From Candidatus Thorarchaeota archaeon (GTDB taxonomy: Archaea; Asgardarchaeota; Thorarchaeia; Thorarchaeales; Thorarchaeaceae), in assembly GCA_004524445.1 (NCBI GenBank), contig SDNP01000001.1, positions 98,460-162,459 on the forward strand: a stretch of DNA of 64,000 nt. Direction: 5' to 3'. The position numbers and the translations under genes were made by a program. The notes beneath the pieces are model-generated. The model searched no databases. It saw nothing but the letters and a program-made list of their open reading frames with translations, and was not told where the DNA came from. Every line of letters starts with the position of its first letter. The stretch's first letter is position 1. Positions 19,872-29,718 of this stretch are shown in pieces.

Positions 19872-19970
19872 TACAAAAGGAAAAACCACAATGAAAGCAA
19901 TCGCATTACCATTATACTTAAGTGCCTGACCAAACTGGGCGCACTTACTCATTGAATGGAGTGACTATCA

Positions 19971-20390
19971 ATGGCCATTTTCAGAGCGGATCACTATCTT
20001 ATTGCTGAATTCGAAAAGGTATCTGATGTTAGAAAGACCGGTCAAGATGTTCTGGAAGCACTGCAAAAGGTCTCCGAATTGAAGGATTTAGCTATGGTCT
20101 TCAAGCGAATGGAAGGAAAACAGTGGACTGAAATTGTTGGGAGAATTGACATTCCGGAGGGCTCCAAGGCATTTTGGGCGATGATAAAGAGGGAGGTCAC
20201 AGACCGTGAACCCTACAATCTTTTCATCCGACTTGACCGTAACGCTGAGGGCGAAACTATAGAGGACGCTCGGGCCGAGGTAAAGAAGTGGGTGGAGACT
20301 GAGATTGCACCAAAAATCGAGTCAAAAACGAATGTTAAAATGATCAAGGCTGTAGAACCCCAAGAAGTCTTCATGCCCAAACTTGACTAA
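19971..20390 (+). CDS. hypothetical protein
   Basis: 139-aa ORF with a GGAGTGA ribosome-binding site. Confidence 0.7.
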   Translation: MAIFRADHYLIAEFEKVSDVRKTGQDVLEALQKVSELKDLAMVFKRMEGKQWTEIVGRIDIPEGSKAFWAMIKREVTDREPYNLFIRLDRNAEGETIEDARAEVKKWVETEIAPKIESKTNVKMIKAVEPQEVFMPKLD

Positions 20391-20395
20391 ATTCC

Positions 20396-21406
20396 TTAAG
20401 TTTCAACTGTTAACAGGTAAATAGAATTGCCAACAGATTGTACAATATCAGTCTGGCCATTGCCATCTGTATCACCGTGGGCTATCTTGCTTTCGACAGC
20501 TTTCTTTGCTGTTTGTATCGTTACATCTTCGTAAATTTGGACCCCCTCATAAGATAGGATTGATATCTTGGAGTCCCCTTGACTCACCAGCATCTGTCCT
20601 GCCGACCTGCCGTCGTGGTAGAAAGTACCCGCTCGCAACGATGTGATTTTGCCTGGGGCGTGAATTCTAGCTAGTACACTGAGCGGTTTTGTAGCAGCTG
20701 ATATCAATGAAATGTCCCGCTCATTACTGATGCCCATAATCTCGTCGACTCTGCCCCCCGTTATATTTCCAGTAGATACGAGAGTAACTTCGCCCTTGAT
20801 TTGAATCTTTGAAATCTCATGAAGTCGGTCGTCCTGGTATTGGTAGATATACACATGGCCTGTGTCATCGCCAAAAGCAAATCGTGAATACGATATTCCC
20901 TTGCTATTAAGAGCCTCCATGGAGAAAACCGGTCGTTCCACAACTTTGTGTGCCAGTTTGTCCAAGCACCCTCCAAACCAACCATAACACCGAAGGGCCT
21001 TATCGTTTGTACTGACGATTACTTCTTTCTTGTCGTCTGCCATGACATTAGTGACAATCAGTGATGTGGGTAGACTGCCCAAGGGCGTACAATCTTCAAC
21101 TATTAATGAATCCTCATCGAACCTCAAGACTCTGAGTTTGTTATCCAGGCCTCCTACGACAATGTTTGGTGTTCCGTCACCGTCTGTATCCCCCATGTCG
21201 AAAGCAGCAATGGGAGCAAGCTCATCTGATCTGGCAATTTCTTCAAGCTTGATTGGTTCACCATCAATAAAATCGTACACTCTAAGATTACCTTCGACTG
21301 TACAGAGAATTAGATTGTCTCGACCATCACCTGTAAGGTCATAGAGCTCAATTCCGGTGATTGGCTCCTTGAATGAAAAGTCTGATTTTATGGAGAGTTC
21401 TGGCAT
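20396..21406 (-). CDS. cytoplasmic FG-GAP-type beta-propeller protein
   Basis: repeats DLTGDGRDNLIL, GDTDGDGTPNIVVG and GDTDGNGQTDIV; no signal peptide or TM helix. Confidence 0.75.
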   Translation of the reverse strand: MPELSIKSDFSFKEPITGIELYDLTGDGRDNLILCTVEGNLRVYDFIDGEPIKLEEIARSDELAPIAAFDMGDTDGDGTPNIVVGGLDNKLRVLRFDEDSLIVEDCTPLGSLPTSLIVTNVMADDKKEVIVSTNDKALRCYGWFGGCLDKLAHKVVERPVFSMEALNSKGISYSRFAFGDDTGHVYIYQYQDDRLHEISKIQIKGEVTLVSTGNITGGRVDEIMGISNERDISLISAATKPLSVLARIHAPGKITSLRAGTFYHDGRSAGQMLVSQGDSKISILSYEGVQIYEDVTIQTAKKAVESKIAHGDTDGNGQTDIVQSVGNSIYLLTVET

Positions 21407-21574
21407 TAAATGGCGACCTCACAGTAGAATACCATGGTCAGAATCTGATTCACCGAACCCCCAATTTAAAATTTGTCTGCTTTAGCTGCTGAGAGCAGAA
21501 TGTTTCAATACGCCTCCTACAGAGCAACTGGTGGTGTTTAACTACTATTGAAAACCATACTAGAATGATAAACG

Positions 21575-22111
21575 ATGAGCTTGTATGAGTTTTCTCCATT
21601 TTTGGACGATGAACTATGGAACTGTGATTTTTCGGAACTTTGTTGTGAGTTAAAGTCATTCGTTGATGAATTTGACAGCTTTGCTCCAGAGATTTTCGCC
21701 CAGCTTCGGTTCGATCTCTTTCGAAAGGGTTTGGGAAAGCAATCACGATTCCAACTCTGCAGAGTTGCAGCACATGCGGGTTTCTGTTCTTTCTGTTCCG
21801 CGCTCTATAAATCAAAATACTGCCTCCTCTGGTTTAGGCTATTCAACCAGATTCCAAGAAGAAGCATTCAGCGTTCTCCTCCCTGCATCCGGGAAGCCTA
21901 TCGAAAAGGGAGCATCAAAACAGTTGCCAACTTCCTCAATAGAGTAAATGTACTACAAGCTCCATTCTACCAAAAGCAAGTTGTTCCCCACTGCAAGACG
22001 ATGAAGGAATTTGGATATTGTGATCCGGACCGTATATGTGAAAGAATGGATGGAATAACCCCATTAGAGTATGAGCGGGTTAGAACTCAACTGAAAACCA
22101 TGAATATTTGA
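21575..22111 (+). CDS. Cys-rich protein resembling the primase large-subunit C-terminal Fe-S domain
   Basis: SPPCI ... PHCKTMKEFGYC...IC...TPLEY. Confidence 0.55.
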   Translation: MSLYEFSPFLDDELWNCDFSELCCELKSFVDEFDSFAPEIFAQLRFDLFRKGLGKQSRFQLCRVAAHAGFCSFCSALYKSKYCLLWFRLFNQIPRRSIQRSPPCIREAYRKGSIKTVANFLNRVNVLQAPFYQKQVVPHCKTMKEFGYCDPDRICERMDGITPLEYERVRTQLKTMNI

Positions 22112-22174
22112 AATCCAGAAGATTCAGCCATTGCTTAAATATAGGTCCCCCTCATCTGACTTCGGGGTCGGACC

Positions 22175-23680
22175 GTGAAAGATGCTATTGAGATTGATGT
22201 CATTCGATTAATTCGTTTGACTGGCATTCGAGAAGAGAATATACGACGCGCCATAAAAGAAAAAGGAAAGAATTGGAATAAAATCCAACAAAGCATTGCC
22301 TATCACAACAAAATCCTGAATCTCGGAGAACCACACACTAGACAGAAGGCAATCCAGGACCCCATTCATGGAGCAATTCTCCTTGAACCCTGGGAACTTG
22401 ATATCATCTCCTCTTGGGAAATGCTTCGACTTAGATATGTGAAGCAACTCGGCCCTGCTCATATTGTCTATCCCGGAGCAACTCACACCCGCTTCGAACA
22501 TTGTATTGGCACGAGTTTTCTTGCCCAGAAATGCGTACGTGTTGTAAACTACTGTGAAGACTTGGACGAGGCTTGTTTTGTACCCTTATCGCGGCTCTTG
22601 GAACCACATCATCAAAAGCTCTTTAGAATCGCTGCTCTCCTGCATGATGTGGGTCATCCTCCAACATCTCATACCATAGAATTTGCCCTCGAGAACTGGG
22701 CGGGTTTATCCCACACTGACTTGGGACAATTTCTCATTTTGAATAGCGGTCTAACTAATGTTCTATGTGAAAATGATATCGACCCAGCAACCCTTGTTTC
22801 GATTCTAAAGGGTGACACTAAGGACCCGGTTCTCGCCCTATTGACTGACTTCTTGGATAGCCCTCTTGATTTGGACAAAACTGATTACTTAATCCGGGAT
22901 GCTCATTTCAGTGGTGTTGAACTGGGAATATTTCCTGCAGAACGGGTTCTCTTGACAAATCGAGTTATCAAGAATGATGGGGAATACCGTAGAGCATTCA
23001 TGTTAAAGGCTCTGCATTCTTTGGAATCACTAATACTAAGTCGGTCTTGGATGTTTGCTGACCTCTACTTGCATCATGCGGTACGTGTTGCGGAGGCTTT
23101 GACATCAAAGGCAACCTACTACAGAATGAAAGAAGAAGACCTAACCAAGAATGAATGTATTGGATTGTTTACCAGAATGACTGATGCTGATCTATATAGA
23201 TGGCTTAGTGAATCAGATATTGATTTCGTCAAGGAATATGCTGCTCGCATTCGATATCGCCGCCTGTTCAAGGTCGTGACATCAAGACCAATAGCCTCAT
23301 TCGATGAAGACACTCGGGACTTCCTTCTCTCTACCCTTCATGACGTAGATGCATTGACAAAAGTAGAGCTAGAGTTGGTTGATGATGTTGGACAAGTAAT
23401 TGTTGATGTTGTTAATCCTATTCTTGGCGAAGACTTTCTGCGGAATATTCCAATCCTGGTTGGTGGAATGCGGGGTTTTGATGTCGTACCTCTATCAGAA
23501 ACTGAAGAAGGTCGACCACTTTTGCAGGCTCTCAGACAACAGAAACGCACAATCCCCGCTGTGCGCATATATTCGGACCCATTAATAGCCACCGAAGTTC
23601 GTTCGAAATTTGAAAAGGAATTCCCATCAGAAAAACAACCTCCCTACCGTGAAGATGACTATGGCTTTTCGGACTATTGA
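22175..23680 (+). CDS. HD-domain phosphohydrolase (dNTP triphosphohydrolase/SAMHD1-like)
   Basis: DPIHG, RLRYVKQLG, YPGATHTRFEHCIG, LLHDVGH and DLDKTDYLIRD. Confidence 0.9.
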   Translation: MKDAIEIDVIRLIRLTGIREENIRRAIKEKGKNWNKIQQSIAYHNKILNLGEPHTRQKAIQDPIHGAILLEPWELDIISSWEMLRLRYVKQLGPAHIVYPGATHTRFEHCIGTSFLAQKCVRVVNYCEDLDEACFVPLSRLLEPHHQKLFRIAALLHDVGHPPTSHTIEFALENWAGLSHTDLGQFLILNSGLTNVLCENDIDPATLVSILKGDTKDPVLALLTDFLDSPLDLDKTDYLIRDAHFSGVELGIFPAERVLLTNRVIKNDGEYRRAFMLKALHSLESLILSRSWMFADLYLHHAVRVAEALTSKATYYRMKEEDLTKNECIGLFTRMTDADLYRWLSESDIDFVKEYAARIRYRRLFKVVTSRPIASFDEDTRDFLLSTLHDVDALTKVELELVDDVGQVIVDVVNPILGEDFLRNIPILVGGMRGFDVVPLSETEEGRPLLQALRQQKRTIPAVRIYSDPLIATEVRSKFEKEFPSEKQPPYREDDYGFSDY

Positions 23681-23693
23681 GTCACCACTCAGC

Positions 23694-24380
23694 TCACAGG
23701 AGGATAGTGGCGATCTGTTTAGCTTTCTCGAAACCTTGCTCGATGTAAATCACTCCGAACAATGCCTCTACGAGAGTTCCCTTTATGTGTTCCATCTCGG
23801 ATTTTTCTTGGGTTTCTGGGTCAAAATGAATGCGATGTTCATATAGCCCAAATCTGTCGCATATTCGAGCTAGATGTTCATTGCTGACTATTTCTGAACG
23901 ACGCTGCGTGAGTTGACCGGCATGAGATACATCCGGTTTCCAAAGGTGATCCAGGATAGCGATATCAATAACCGCATCTCCTAAGAGACCAAGTACCTTT
24001 GCGATTTCGCTTAAGTCAATAAATGTCTCGAGCTTCTGCACATCACACGTTGCGCCTTCCTCCGAATAGTGCGTCTGAATCTCTAAGAACACATTCTTAG
24101 TACTGGGCTGGAAAAGTGAAACGGTCAGCAATCCCCTTCTATTCCAAGGCACATCGAGTTCTGACTCGAGGCTTGGCTGGAGATGCTCCTCAATGTGCTG
24201 TATAGATGTGCGAATGCCCGATAGCATATTCCTCCAACGAGTCATTTTCCTCAGAGCTCGTGTGTTTTTAGGAGGAGTTTTTCCGATTGATTCATTTACC
24301 AAATTCAAAAGATAATTGAGATTCTCTTCTAGCTGAATCTCCTCCCAGTGCAATGGGGCATTGCCACTACCAGATACCAT
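23694..24380 (-). CDS. RNase III-family (Mini-III-like) protein without dsRBD
   Basis: LGLLGDAVID, RSEIVSNEHLA and GTLVEALFGVIY. Confidence 0.8.
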   Translation of the reverse strand: MVSGSGNAPLHWEEIQLEENLNYLLNLVNESIGKTPPKNTRALRKMTRWRNMLSGIRTSIQHIEEHLQPSLESELDVPWNRRGLLTVSLFQPSTKNVFLEIQTHYSEEGATCDVQKLETFIDLSEIAKVLGLLGDAVIDIAILDHLWKPDVSHAGQLTQRRSEIVSNEHLARICDRFGLYEHRIHFDPETQEKSEMEHIKGTLVEALFGVIYIEQGFEKAKQIATILL

Positions 24381-25182
24381 TTTCGAACTCCCTTGGATGT
24401 AACTGTGTGACTACGGTCCCATCAACATCATACTTCTCTACATATATTCCGCGAAGCGCATACTCTTCCGTTACTCTTGTTAATGCTGCTTGGACCAAAG
24501 GTGTTCCCATCGACAGGTCCACCACAATATCATGGGATGGTAAATAATCAATTACAATATCTCGGATAAAATCATATGCGGCGGGAAGATTTCCATGGTC
24601 TGCTCCTTCTTGTTTGCTGGTGATTTCTGGTGGAATATCGTACCAGTCAGTATCCCATTTCCGTCCCGTCCCGTTTGGAATGAATCTATCAACACTTCTC
24701 AATACTTGCCTTTGCCAAGTTCTTGCCTCGACAAACAATAGCAGGTTGCGAGGTCTGAATTCCTTTGATTTACTTAACCAGAGAATGAAAGGGCGCTGGT
24801 CATCCGGTTGTTCAAGTGACGCGATATAGGCCAATGGACGCTTAATGCCTAGAGCTCTCCTAACCGGATGAATCGCTCTCGGACAGAGCTCATAGATCCT
24901 CTCTTTGGATTCTCTTCTGCTTCTGATTATTCCTTCATCTTCTAGGTGCTTGGTATTATGGTAGAGTTTTGGGTCAGATACCACGACCTTCTCCACCTTA
25001 ACCTGTTCTTTTCCCTTCTTATCGATGAGTTTGGCCGTCATATCTTTTCGTATGCTCTCCCGTAGCTCACTGCCGGACTTAGGTCCTCCTTCTAATTGGT
25101 CCAGTATTATTCGTCTCGCGCGAACACACTCTACTTCTTCTTGAATGACTTGGTCTGCCGTTTTACCCAACATGTCAATCAC
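24367..25182 (-). CDS. winged-helix regulator with a C-terminal CARF-like Rossmann domain
   Basis: N-terminal ILDQLEGGPKSGSEL...LYHNTKHLEDEGII...IYEL; C-terminal IVVDLSMGTP...IYVE. Confidence 0.6.
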   Translation of the reverse strand: MIDMLGKTADQVIQEEVECVRARRIILDQLEGGPKSGSELRESIRKDMTAKLIDKKGKEQVKVEKVVVSDPKLYHNTKHLEDEGIIRSRRESKERIYELCPRAIHPVRRALGIKRPLAYIASLEQPDDQRPFILWLSKSKEFRPRNLLLFVEARTWQRQVLRSVDRFIPNGTGRKWDTDWYDIPPEITSKQEGADHGNLPAAYDFIRDIVIDYLPSHDIVVDLSMGTPLVQAALTRVTEEYALRGIYVEKYDVDGTVVTQLHPREFENGIW

Positions 25183-25551
25183 CTCAGGCTTGATTCTACA
25201 GGCTTACAAGGCTTGTCTATCAACCTGGGTAAATAACAATATCGTATACATATATCATGTAGATGACCGAATATTGTCTGGATAGTATCTGGGTGATACT
25301 TGACTGACTTTGCCCAAGAGCTTCCTACGGCAGCTTTGAGCCTCCTAGAAGCCATTCCCGCAAAACGCTTCTCGAAAGGAAAGATATACATAACCTACAT
25401 AGTTATTATATTCATTTAATAAAATAAGGCCAATCCCGATAAACCTTAAATGTCTCTGGAAGCACGAACACTTAGTACAGAGCTCTAGGCACTTCATGGA
25501 AGAGTCGAGAATCTCTGAACTACGACAACAAAAAAACGAGGACCGTTAATA

Positions 25552-26694
25552 ATGGCTGAAACTGATGATCTGTTAGGGGCCAAACCCATTGTCATAGATA
25601 ATGGAACTGGCCTTAGCAAAAACGGATATGCCGGCGAAGATCAGCCACGAAGTGTCTGGCCTACGCTCATTGGATACCCAAGATATGAGAGTATAATGAC
25701 CGACGTGGACCACTATACAAGAGACTATTACATCGGAGAGGAAGCAATTAACCTCCGCGGTGTGCTACGTCTGGTATATCCCATAACCCATGGTGTGATT
25801 GAAGACTGGGACGCAATTGAAAAAATCTGGTCATACACCTTCTACAATGACTTGAAGGTGGATCCAAGTGAGAACCCAGTTCTCCTCACTGAAGCACCAT
25901 TCAACCCGCGAGAAAACCGAGAACGCATGGCATCTGTCATGTTCGACAATTTTGGTGTACCTGCAGTGTATGTTGCCACACAGGCAGTCCTGTCACTGTA
26001 TGCATCCGGAAGGACCACTGGTCTGGTCATTGACTCCGGAGACGGTGTGACCCACATTGTACCTATTTATGAGGGCTTTGCAATCACACACGCAATCCGA
26101 AGAATTGACTTGGCTGGAAGAGACATAACCGAGTATCTGCGTAGACTGCTCAGGCAGCGAGGCTACTCCTTCGTGAGCGGCGCAGAAAAAGAGATTGTTA
26201 GAGATATCAAAGAGAAGAGATGCTACGTTGCAATTGATCCTGAGAAGGAACGTGCAGTAGCTGACAAGGCTGGTGTTGACAAACCCTACATGCTACCAGA
26301 TGGTGAAACCATCATGATTGGTGCAGAGAGGTTCCAGGCACCTGAGCTGTTCTTCAATCCAAGTGCGATTGGTCTTGACACGATACCTCTTGACGATCAC
26401 ATCGTTGAGGCAATCAAGGCATGCGACGTCGACTTGCGACGTGACCTCTATGCCAACATCGTTCTGTCCGGTGGCTCAACTATGTTCGATGGACTGAAGC
26501 AGAGACTCCAGAAGGAGATCACTGAACTGGTACCTGAGAACATCGAGGTCCGCATCATCGCTCCCCCCGAGAGACAATACTCTGTCTGGATTGGCGGAAG
26601 TATTCTTGCTTCACTCAAGACGTTCCAGAAGATGTGGGTTTCACGCAAGGAGTTCGAAGAAGCAGGACCAGAAGTTATCCATCGTTGTATATAG
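25552..26694 (+). CDS. Asgard actin
   Basis: IDNGTGLSKNG, YPITHG, LLTEAP.NP..NRE, SLYASGRTTG, DSGDGVTH, LSGGSTMF and APPERQYSVWIGGSILASL. Confidence 0.97.
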   Translation: MAETDDLLGAKPIVIDNGTGLSKNGYAGEDQPRSVWPTLIGYPRYESIMTDVDHYTRDYYIGEEAINLRGVLRLVYPITHGVIEDWDAIEKIWSYTFYNDLKVDPSENPVLLTEAPFNPRENRERMASVMFDNFGVPAVYVATQAVLSLYASGRTTGLVIDSGDGVTHIVPIYEGFAITHAIRRIDLAGRDITEYLRRLLRQRGYSFVSGAEKEIVRDIKEKRCYVAIDPEKERAVADKAGVDKPYMLPDGETIMIGAERFQAPELFFNPSAIGLDTIPLDDHIVEAIKACDVDLRRDLYANIVLSGGSTMFDGLKQRLQKEITELVPENIEVRIIAPPERQYSVWIGGSILASLKTFQKMWVSRKEFEEAGPEVIHRCI

Positions 26695-26719
26695 AACTCG
26701 CAAACAAGTTCATGAAGGA

Positions 26720-26755
26720 TGGGCTGCACTGCCCACCTTCACTTTCCATTTTTCC
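26720..26755 (+). terminator. putative terminator after actin
   Basis: TGGGC/GCCCA hairpin followed by a pyrimidine tract. Confidence 0.45.
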
Positions 26756-26820
26756 ATGATTCTTCACAAACTCATAGATTCTACTGACTTAAGAGGAAAC
26801 AATCAATCTGATGAAGTAGA

Positions 26821-27342
26821 TTAGACGTTCTGGTTCGCCGGTATGAATCTCTTAGCACAGTTCTGACAATCAACCGATCCATCTTCATGCAGATCTCTCT
26901 TTTCGTAACTATAGACGGCACCGCAATGTGGACATTTTTTCGCTGTGTATGAATATTCTTTTTGCGGATATCTTTTCACCGAATATGCATAATCTCTTTC
27001 TCTGAATTTCCAATCCCATCCGCCCTCAGTAGCCAACTCCCCGAATTTCTCTTTGAACGTGCTTACCGCAGCCCCATATGAACCCCAAGTTAAATGCAAG
27101 AGTCCCGAGCCCCCTCCTGCTGGAATGACTTCCAAACTACATTCATTATTCTCAATGGCATGCTCAAGTACAATAAGAATGACCTGCTCATTCATTGTCC
27201 GGTAGACTAATTCATCCTCAAGAAACACTCCATAAACATACTCAGGGGTTTTCCACGTTCGCTTAATCACGCCTCCATAATGCTTGCGCAAGAATGAAAC
27301 CAGAGTATCGATATCCAGATTTTTGATATCAAATATAGCCAC
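26821..27342 (-). CDS. hypothetical protein with a C-terminal zinc ribbon
   Basis: CPHC...CQNC. Confidence 0.7.
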   Translation of the reverse strand: MAIFDIKNLDIDTLVSFLRKHYGGVIKRTWKTPEYVYGVFLEDELVYRTMNEQVILIVLEHAIENNECSLEVIPAGGGSGLLHLTWGSYGAAVSTFKEKFGELATEGGWDWKFRERDYAYSVKRYPQKEYSYTAKKCPHCGAVYSYEKRDLHEDGSVDCQNCAKRFIPANQNV

Positions 27343-27343
27343 T

Positions 27344-28978
27344 TCATGTCCCCTCTCTTTTCTTCATTATCACAAGGCCAGTTAGTGATGCTGCGCTTAC
27401 TACTACAGCAACCTGGATCCATTTGAAGTTCAACAGAGTCAGCTCATGGCATGAAACAGCCGAATCTAACGGGTCAAACCCATGATAGAACTCCCATGCA
27501 TCCGAAATCAAATCGCCATCAGAATCCTTCATTGATGCGTTTGTGCCAATGCTCACTTCTAACACATCAGCCAGTCCATCAAGATCCGCATCAGTATCGG
27601 ATAGGCAGTGTGTATGAGAATAATCGGTAGCTCCACCCTGAGGACTCCAGTATAGGCAACTGCCTGAAGACGATGGCTCAACCGCATAGAGATTAAGTGA
27701 CCCATAACCAGAAACGACAAAGTCAAGCTCGCCGTTATTATTGACATCTCCTATTGCATGAATGAACTGTCCTAGTACTCCCTCTGAATGCATATAGCGT
27801 GACCATTGGTTAGAACCATCCTCTCCATTTATGGCTGCTATTTTTGAGTCATCACTGAGCATAAGAATTTCATTTCTTACATCGTGGTCAAAATCACCAA
27901 GGCTAAGCTGACGGATTTCTCCAAACCTCCACGTATCATAGGTCCATAATTTTGTTCCATCGTTTGCCTGAATTGAACACAAATAATCCCTGCCCTCTTG
28001 AAATACGATTTCTAGCTGCCCATCCCCATCAAGGTCTCCTATGGCGGGAGCATTTTCAAGAGTCTTGACCTCAGAATCTCTGAGATATGACCACAACACA
28101 GATCCATCTGCACCATTCAGTGCTGCTACTTCCCAGCATGTCTTCACGATAACTTCGTTTTTGTCATCCCCGTTGATGTCGCCGATTACTGGCGCTGAAA
28201 TCGAAATCCAATGATAACCATGCGACCAATGATGCAGCCAGAGAGGTGTTTGATTACCAGGTCGAATCGCGTATGTATAATCGTTCTCACAGCAGACAAC
28301 TATTTCTCGCCCGATTTGGCTATCAATGTCGCCTACTGCGACTGAGTGATGAATGTCGACTTTCAAGCTCATGGTCCACAGCGGTCGACCTGTTGTACCG
28401 TTGAGGATCAGAATTCTTCCATCTCTCGACGGAAAGACCACCTCCATATCCGAATCACCCATCACGTCAGTAATAGTGGGGGCAATCCAGGGTCTTGTTT
28501 GAACCAATCCATCTCTATGGTACCACAGAACGCTCCCATTGCCCTTGAAAGCGAAGATGCCTTTTCCTTCTACTGCAATAACAAATTCAGGAGTATCGTC
28601 TGTATCTAGCGTGCCAAGGGCGATCTCAGAGGTATCCGCCCCCTCAATTTCCTGAAACCACTTGCTCTCTCCTGTGCTTCCTCTCCGGACAACAATACGG
28701 GTCAAATCATCATTCCAAACATTCTCTGAGCATATAACCTCAGTTTCCAAATCTGCATCCACATTCGCAATTGCAATAGAAAAGGCCGAGCTTTCGGGAA
28801 ACGTATTATTGGTTTTCCAAAGCAATTCTGGTCGATCTCTGACAGTCGAATCCCAGTGAGGGCCCTTTGGCCACCATGCAATAATGAAAGGTGTTATGAT
28901 TATAATGAAAACAAGAATAAGACAGACTCTTCCACATGTGAATTCAGGTTTTTTCAGCCTCAATGAAGCTATCCCCAT
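27344..28978 (-). CDS. membrane-anchored FG-GAP/PQQ-like beta-propeller with Ca-binding TSP3-like repeats
   Basis: N-terminal TM, repeated GD.DGDG..E.V and G...W units, DSDGDLISDAWE, C-terminal TM followed by KKR. Confidence 0.8.
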   Translation of the reverse strand: MGIASLRLKKPEFTCGRVCLILVFIIIITPFIIAWWPKGPHWDSTVRDRPELLWKTNNTFPESSAFSIAIANVDADLETEVICSENVWNDDLTRIVVRRGSTGESKWFQEIEGADTSEIALGTLDTDDTPEFVIAVEGKGIFAFKGNGSVLWYHRDGLVQTRPWIAPTITDVMGDSDMEVVFPSRDGRILILNGTTGRPLWTMSLKVDIHHSVAVGDIDSQIGREIVVCCENDYTYAIRPGNQTPLWLHHWSHGYHWISISAPVIGDINGDDKNEVIVKTCWEVAALNGADGSVLWSYLRDSEVKTLENAPAIGDLDGDGQLEIVFQEGRDYLCSIQANDGTKLWTYDTWRFGEIRQLSLGDFDHDVRNEILMLSDDSKIAAINGEDGSNQWSRYMHSEGVLGQFIHAIGDVNNNGELDFVVSGYGSLNLYAVEPSSSGSCLYWSPQGGATDYSHTHCLSDTDADLDGLADVLEVSIGTNASMKDSDGDLISDAWEFYHGFDPLDSAVSCHELTLLNFKWIQVAVVVSAASLTGLVIMKKREGT

Positions 28979-29002
28979 CTGCTACAAGCTTATCTAGACG
29001 TA

Positions 29003-29506
29003 TTAAGATTGCGAGTGGCTGGTGTCCGTTTCTTCATTCCATAGTCCCTTAGCCTTGCGAGGCGGAAGGAGTACAAGAAACAGGAGTCCTGTGATAAAGA
29101 GGAGTGGAACAGGGATGTTATACCATCCTATAGAACTTGGGTATAGGATATTTGAAAAGAAGAAGAACTGGAATGTCCAAAGCTCACTGACAATGCCCAC
29201 GGCAACTGCACGTTCTCTGTCAGTCCTTTTCTTGTAACATCTATAGATTTCATATACAAACAAGAGCCGAAAGACACTGCCAACTGTATTGTTGATTATT
29301 CCATATGGCCACCACAAAATCGTAGGTAACACATTCGATGTGTGAATCCAAAGCAACGCATATGCTTTCAGAACATAGATTTGGTCAAAAGGCTCAAATG
29401 TGTAACTCAATGCATAGGGCGTCATCATAGCAACAGCTAATGAAACCGCAGCAGGAACGAGATTCCGGATTTTTTCCTGGCTAATTGAATCTAGCATTCT
29501 CATCAC
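29003..29506 (-). CDS. membrane protein, paralog of 29719-30183
   Basis: about 4 TM segments; RLLFVYEIYRCY..GIVSE..IPVP. Confidence 0.7.
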   Translation of the reverse strand: MMRMLDSISQEKIRNLVPAAVSLAVAMMTPYALSYTFEPFDQIYVLKAYALLWIHTSNVLPTILWWPYGIINNTVGSVFRLLFVYEIYRCYKKRTDRERAVAVGIVSELWTFQFFFFSNILYPSSIGWYNIPVPLLFITGLLFLVLLPPRKAKGLWNEETDTSHSQS

Positions 29507-29718
29507 CCTTCAATCCACTACAGATGCAATCAGATATTCTCGATATTTGAATACTATGACGATTGGTTTCTGAAACCTCTCTTTATCGTAGCGTGTGGAT
29601 TTGAACTAACTCCACCATCGATTCATTAGAACATGTGTTCCAACTCTTCAATATAGGCTCTCAGTTTGGAGCGGTGTTTTCCTGACCTTAAGAATCTTGA
29701 AACGTCTTTCCTGAGCAG

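Noticed and set aside
24976-25046. Stem-forming insert in the HTH of the CARF-like regulator as a second intron
   Set aside because: It pairs imperfectly, lacks the two 3-nt bulges around a 4-bp helix, and has no stop.
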